Assembly: GCF_009914755.1 (NCBI RefSeq) | Contig: NC_060926.1 | DNA length: 64,000 nucleotides | Reading direction: 5' to 3' (one strand) | DNA from: the human T2T-CHM13v2.0 reference genome, Homo sapiens | Shown here: one piece after another, positions 57,590 through 64,000 of the stretch | Position numbering within the stretch: the first letter of the stretch is position 1 | Layout: each line of letters opens with the position of its first letter | The notes under the pieces: model-generated | Seen by the model: only the letters and a program-made list of their open reading frames with translations | Database searches by the model: none | Told to the model about the DNA's origin: nothing | Made by a program: the position numbers and the translations under genes

Positions 57590-58210
57590 GCCTTGGAGTC
57601 ATATAGACCTCAAATCCGGATGCCATCACTTACAAGCTGTGTGGCCTTGGAGAAGTTGCTTTTCTTTCTAAACTTCATTTCCCTCTTCTGTAAAGCAGAG
57701 TATATGCTAGTATTTTCTAATAAAAATATGTGATATGTGATATACTATGATAATAGTATGTTGATAATTTTAAATTTTCTAGTGGACACATTTTTAAAGA
57801 ACAGGTAAAATTGATATATTTATTTATATATTTATATTTATATATGAGATATATATTTATACTTATTAATTATATACATATAAAATATATGTTAAAATCT
57901 ATAAAATGTACCCAAAACGGTATCATATCAACAAGTAATCAATATGAAAATGAGTAATAGCCTATTTTACATTCTTTCTTCGTTTGAAACCTGGTGAGCA
58001 TTTTACAATTACAGCACATTCCAATTTGTACTAACCACATTTCACATGCTCAATAGCTACATGTGTGTCATAGCTGCTATAATGGATATTACACGTATAA
58101 CCTACCCCATAGGGTTATTGAAGAATAAAATGAGATAATGCAAGTAAAGGACTTAGAACAGTGCTTGGCAAATAATATGTACTACAAATGGTAGTGTGAA
58201 AGCTGCTACT
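57590..58210 (+). mobile_element. MIR interrupted by MER33 (hAT-Charlie, ~57707-58092)
   Basis: MIR head (ggagtcatatagacc...cacttacaagctgtgtggccttgg) and tail (cctaccccatagggttattgaagaataaaatgagataatg) flank MER33 motifs (ttttaaattttctagtggacacatt; ccacatttcacatgctcaatagctacatgtg). Confidence 0.8.
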
Positions 58211-59606
58211 ATTATCCACTGATATTGATTATATCTTCCTTGCTCTGCTGGGGGAATGGAAAAATATATGGCATGGCCCCTGTTCCTGAGTAATCACGAA
58301 GTTAAGAATGTAAGACAAATATATAGTTAACTAGAATTTTTGACATCTTATTATCACATGAATGGTATGAATGAAATGCAATAAGTGCTCAGAAAAGGCA
58401 GATCTTGTACTAGGAATCCCTTGTACCAACTTGGTGAAGAAAATCATTTTGAACTAGGATTTAATAGGTAGGTTGATTTTTGTTAGGAAGTAATGGTTAG
58501 GGACCATGAGGACAGCTAGGAAAAATATTCCACTATAGGGAATTACAGAAGAAACAATCCAAAGGTAGGGAAGTGAAAAATACATTCAAGAAATGAGGGC
58601 AAATTGTTTGATGGAGAGCACAGAGTTCATGTAAGAGTGTACTTGAGTTAGCAAATGCAGATTTGTATCAGAGTGTAGAGATCTTAAAAGCCATGCTAAG
58701 ATACTTGGACATTATTCAGTGTCTGAAAGAAATAGTAAAAAAGAGCACTGATTTAGGTGCCAAAGATCTGATTTCAGCCATATTCTGCAACTGCCACACG
58801 TGCATTTTCCTACCTTGGCCAAGTCACTTCAGCTCAGCTGTTTTATTTGTAACATAAGATGGTTGGATCTAAAACAAAACAAAACCTGAGAACGTCAGAG
58901 ATGAAAAGGGCCTCTTTGTTGTTGTTGCTGCTGCTACTGCGATCATTGTTCTGTTTATATTTGTGGTATTTTAGGATGAGGATAACATTACTGAAGAAAT
59001 GCCTCAGGAATTAATATAGGTAGATTTAAAAGTAAAAATATGAAAATGAAAAGATCATTTTGAGAATCATTTCAGTGGTCCTAGTGTCTTTAAAAAAAGG
59101 ATTTTAACTAATATTGTGGACATAACAGTTGGAAATATTAATAAATGGCTGGGTTGGATTATAGAAAATTTGTTTAAAAAAAGAAAGAATGGCTAGGACT
59201 TGGATTGAAGGTGGAGAGGGAGGCAAAGTGAGAAATGAATTTTATTACAGTTTGGAGTCTAGAAAAAAAAATAATTAGTATTCATAATAGAAATGGTAGA
59301 ACCAGGGAGATAATTTGGCTGGAGATATGGGAAGGGATGTAAAATGAGTGTTTTTAGTTATCGGGTACAATTTTTAGTACATATTATATATGCATTAGAA
59401 TGTATGTATTTAGAGATTAATGGATATATATAGTGACTTTTGCAAGAACATGAGTATTTTAGTTTCAGAGTTTCACAAAGTAGTAGAATCAACATTAAAT
59501 AAAACAATTATGAGATTAACATGAGCATTAAAGTTAAGAACTTATGCAACTAGAGAATTCAGTGATATTCATAAAGAGGCCCCAAAGTGTGACACTTATC
59601 TGAGTC

Positions 59607-59923
<317 letters not shown>

Positions 59924-60007
59924 TAATTTATGAAAGAAATTCTAAAGCCAGTAAATGAAGCAAGACTTTTTGAGTAATAAAGTTTTCAATTCAAATCCCA
60001 AATCAAG

Positions 60008-60310
<303 letters not shown>

Positions 60311-63201
60311 AATCCCAATTCAACCTTCTGTGAGTCTCCTTCTTCATTTTCTAGGAGGAAAGAATAGCTACATCACAGTGTTGAGTGAAAAACATGTGAT
60401 GTAAAAAAGAAAGCTCTAGACATTCAATGAATGAGGGCTACCATCAACTCATTCCAGTAAACCTGGATGACAAAGAAATGGGCTCAAACCCTTTCTATTT
60501 AAAAATGTCATAAAGGTTTTTGTGCTCCTACTTGTAACACACTATGAATCTTCAAGCAACAAGCACATATTAAGTACTGATAAGTCAAGTTCCATGATCA
60601 TAAAAAAAATTGCAATAATAAGCAGCATGAATCTCAACCTTAAGGAGAACTTGGCTACATGAGAAGGAAAGTAAGTATTGAAAGGTTTAAGGTAACTCCT
60701 GGTTATTCTAGGTGTACACTGTCAAAATCAAATTGACTTCTCACACGTGTTTCTAAAATTAATTTAAAATTCAATAAAAATTAATGAAAATTGATTGAAA
60801 AGTTTTAAAAATTGTAGCTAGAAAAAGTGTCAATATTACACATTTTATTAGCATGACAGTAAGAGTTTCCAAACTATGCTAGTTTATATAAAGTGATTTT
60901 TACATCCAGATAAAATTTTACCACTCAATTTGTATGGATTAATTCATTCTGTAAACTTCTTCAAGGGATTCTATTGTTAATAATGCTTAAATTAGTAAGT
61001 ATATTCAAATATTCAAGTTTTTATAACAAATTCAATTGAAACTGTTATGCCTAAGATATTAGTGAAACTACTTATTAAAATAAATACAGCATATAAAGGA
61101 ACTATATTGTATTAAGAAAGTTATAAATTTATTTGGAACTAACTTTGAAAGACCCTCTAATTTATAAAATTAGATTGAATCATTTAATAGCAGAGCAATA
61201 CTTTGAGGTTAGGAGAAATTTAATTCTTGTCTTCAAAGCCAAAAGGAGTTGGCAAATTCATCCAACAGAGTGAAATGGACAGCAACATATGCTCCTCATT
61301 GAGTCCTATTGGTCAACAGAAAAGGTATTGATTTACTAAACATGAAAATATTCTGAAAGTCTTGGCAGATAAAAATAAGTATTGATTATATATTTTAAGA
61401 CATATGAAGGAGTCATAATCACTCAGTGTTGATATATACTGAGTTATTTGTATAAAAAATAGCAGTTACAAAATTAAATCAATCTTCTCCCTAGACTGTT
61501 TATTTTCTTTCCATTCTGTGAAAAGTATGACATCCTTATAACTTGAATGTTAACAAAAGAAAAAAAGCAAGGCATTTTTTACATAACAGATGTTTAAACA
61601 TTTATCTGTATTTTAAAATACCTTTATAAATCAATTTTGACCATTTTTATTTTTAACCTATTGGTAAACTACTCTGTTTTTAATCACAAATTTATTTCAT
61701 GTGATTTTTATGGAATGTGTGTATTCATAAATTGTTACAATTATTCTTGTTAAAATACTAAGCTAAATAACAACTTAATAATCTGTTCAGAAATTACATG
61801 TTACAAGACAATATTTTGCTTTTAATATTTTAATAAAAGATTTAAAGTAAAAATAAATTATTTAATTTCACATTTTTTAAAGAGACATATTTACTTCAAC
61901 ATGAACATTATTAGTTCAGGTTTCACGTAAGTTCTCATGACGCTATTTAAAATTGTATTTCTACCATATTTTCATTCCATTGACCAAGTTCTGATATAGT
62001 TAAATCTTTTATCCTCCCTAAATTTGTCATTAAGACCCTGACATTCAGATGACAAGTGATTTGCAGTGTGGTTTGTTTTTCATTGCCAATCACCAGGAGA
62101 TTTAAAAAGATACCCATGCACTTCTGTATAAACACTTTCTCTATAAATGCTCCACTTTGTGGAGATGCTACCAGTAATGAGACTATGGCATTTTTTATTT
62201 TGTTTCTGAGAGTACCTCTTCTCTCTCAAACCAATTGGATACTAAAGTACTAATGTAGCAATTGACACACCCTGGTAAGTAATTTTGAACATTTTCTAAC
62301 TTAGAAAGAGGTTAGCATCCCTGTTCCCAGCAAAACTAATTTTTAAGTCACACATTATATGCCTTGTAATAATCCAATATACTGTAAATGAAGTTGAACA
62401 TGATTATAAACTTATATTCATTTTAGGAATTAGTTACGATACGTACTCAGTCTTGCAATCTTCTGAAAATGAATTCAGGTAAACTTGAAAAAACCGCATA
62501 ATAAATTTGCTGACCAAAATCTGTTCTTGAAAAAACAAATTTTTGGAACACCTGAGGCATGGTGCTGTTGAATTAATATGAGGTTCCAATATCATTTTCT
62601 GTATTTTATTTAACAAACTTTCAGAAATTACCAGAGCCTTCATAAATATTTCCAATTATTATTTTTAGAGATGTGAATAATGATTTAAAGCTAAATATTT
62701 TTCTTTTTCTTTATGGACTTGGTTCTGTTTCGTTTTGTTTGGTTTCACAAATAGAAATCAGTGTTTACCCCCCTTTTCAGCTGTTGTATAAAGACTACAA
62801 GAAAAAAAGTTATTTGGGAAAGTCACAAACAGCAATTGCCTATAGAGTGAGGTTGGAAGTGAAATCCATATGTAATGCCTCTGTCAGCAAAGACTTAGTA
62901 GAAAATGGTTTATAATAAATATTCACATCTGCTGCTTTGGACACTCTAATCCATCCTAAGGATCTTTGCTGTGTCAGGTTTTGTTCTAGATGAAGAAGCC
63001 CAGTAGTTATAAAGGTTTGCAAATAGGTTGTATTTATCATGGTTAGCTTTACTTTTATAACTTTTCTCTGTTTTAGAGGTATTCATGATGTTTGGGGGTA
63101 AAATTTGTGATTAAATATTTCACTATAGCTTTTATGGTGATATAATTCTAGAATTCTTATTATAAAATGGACCAATGCTATTTTCACAATGTATCACTTA
63201 C

Positions 63202-63246
63202 CTAAAATCTGTCAAGAAGGCATCATTGATAACAATGCTATGCTGG
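63202..63246 (-). other. Candidate 45-nt exon
   Basis: Minus strand: cattgctttccacag|CCAGCA...GATTTTAG|gtaagt. One open frame (QHSIVINDAFLTDF), not recognised. Confidence 0.25.
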
Positions 63247-63254
63247 CTGTGGAA

Positions 63255-63735
63255 AGCAATGGCTAAAAGCCCAGGCTCTGGATTCGAAGTGCTGTGATTA
63301 AATGCTAGCTCCTTCTATACCTAGGGTGTCATTATGAGCAAGTTACTTCGCCTTTCCAAGCCTCTATTTCTTCACCTACATAGAGGAGGCATTTTTTACA
63401 TAACAGATATTTAAGCATTTTTAAATAGTACTAACTATTTAAAATACAGATAAATAGTACTATTTAAAATATTAAATAGTTAATACTATTAATACTAACT
63501 AATATATTAAATAGTTAATACTGTTAGTACTATTTAAAATATTAGTTACTACTATTAGTACTAACTATTTAAAATATTAAATAGTTAATGCTATTTTCTT
63601 TATCATTAGATTACTGTAACGATCATTCAGAATTATCCATATCAAGCACTAAATATAAGGATCATACGGAATTATCCATATCAAGCACTAAATATAGTAT
63701 CTATCACATTAAAAGAGTTTAATAAATTTTAAATG
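63255..63735 (+). mobile_element. MIR split by a ~200-bp templated/AT-rich insert (63387-~63585), with a 39-bp tandem duplication (63621-63697)
   Basis: MIR head (caggctctggattc...gagcaagttacttcgcctttccaagcctctatttcttcacct) and degenerate tail (aagcactaaatatagtatctatcacatt...aataaat). Confidence 0.65.
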
Positions 63736-64000
63736 TTATTACTGAAACAATAATATGCCTTCTAAGTATGATTAAATAATCCCATGGATAGTACTAATGT
63801 CATACTTATTTACACTAAGTACTGAGCTTATGTAAACATATCCTATTGTTTTACTTAACTCCAAGTCCCATGATAGTTTGTTACTGGACTTCCTTAATAA
63901 AAATATTAATTAAAATTGGATCCCTGATTTGTTTTCACTTTGAGGAAATGAGCCACTAAAAAATATATGATACAAAAATTATGCAAATACCCTGTGCTGT

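Noticed and set aside
63621-63697. 39-bp direct repeats, as a CRISPR-like array
   Set aside because: Two adjacent copies without spacers, inside a MIR in mammalian DNA; a simple tandem duplication.

Overview
AT-rich, CpG-depleted primate (most likely human or ape) non-coding DNA, either intergenic or deep intronic. A large share is interspersed repeats: 12 Alus (Y, S and J), a 5'-inverted L1PA3-like insertion with a 17-bp TSD, many old L1M/L2/MIR fragments, a two-LTR MLT1 (MaLR) provirus, solo LTRs (THE1, MLT1A/D, ERV1-type, ERVL-type) and DNA-transposon relics (Tigger2, MER2, MER33, MER96B). There is no CpG island and no recognisable cellular protein-coding gene; the only real protein homology in the ORF track is L1 ORF2, and the rest are Alu/L1 artefacts or chance ORFs. 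I found no convincing novel biological system. The most unusual observations are mutational footprints. These are three short (34-138 bp) dispersed duplications copied over 1-2.6 kb (one carries a 20-bp inverted repeat, one has an inverted segment plus fold-back AT-rich filler), two twin-priming-type L1 inversions of very different age, close inverted Alu pairs, and a weak chain of minus-strand exon candidates that could belong to a lncRNA. Repeat subfamily names are recalled from consensus sequences, not computed, and old-repeat boundaries are approximate.
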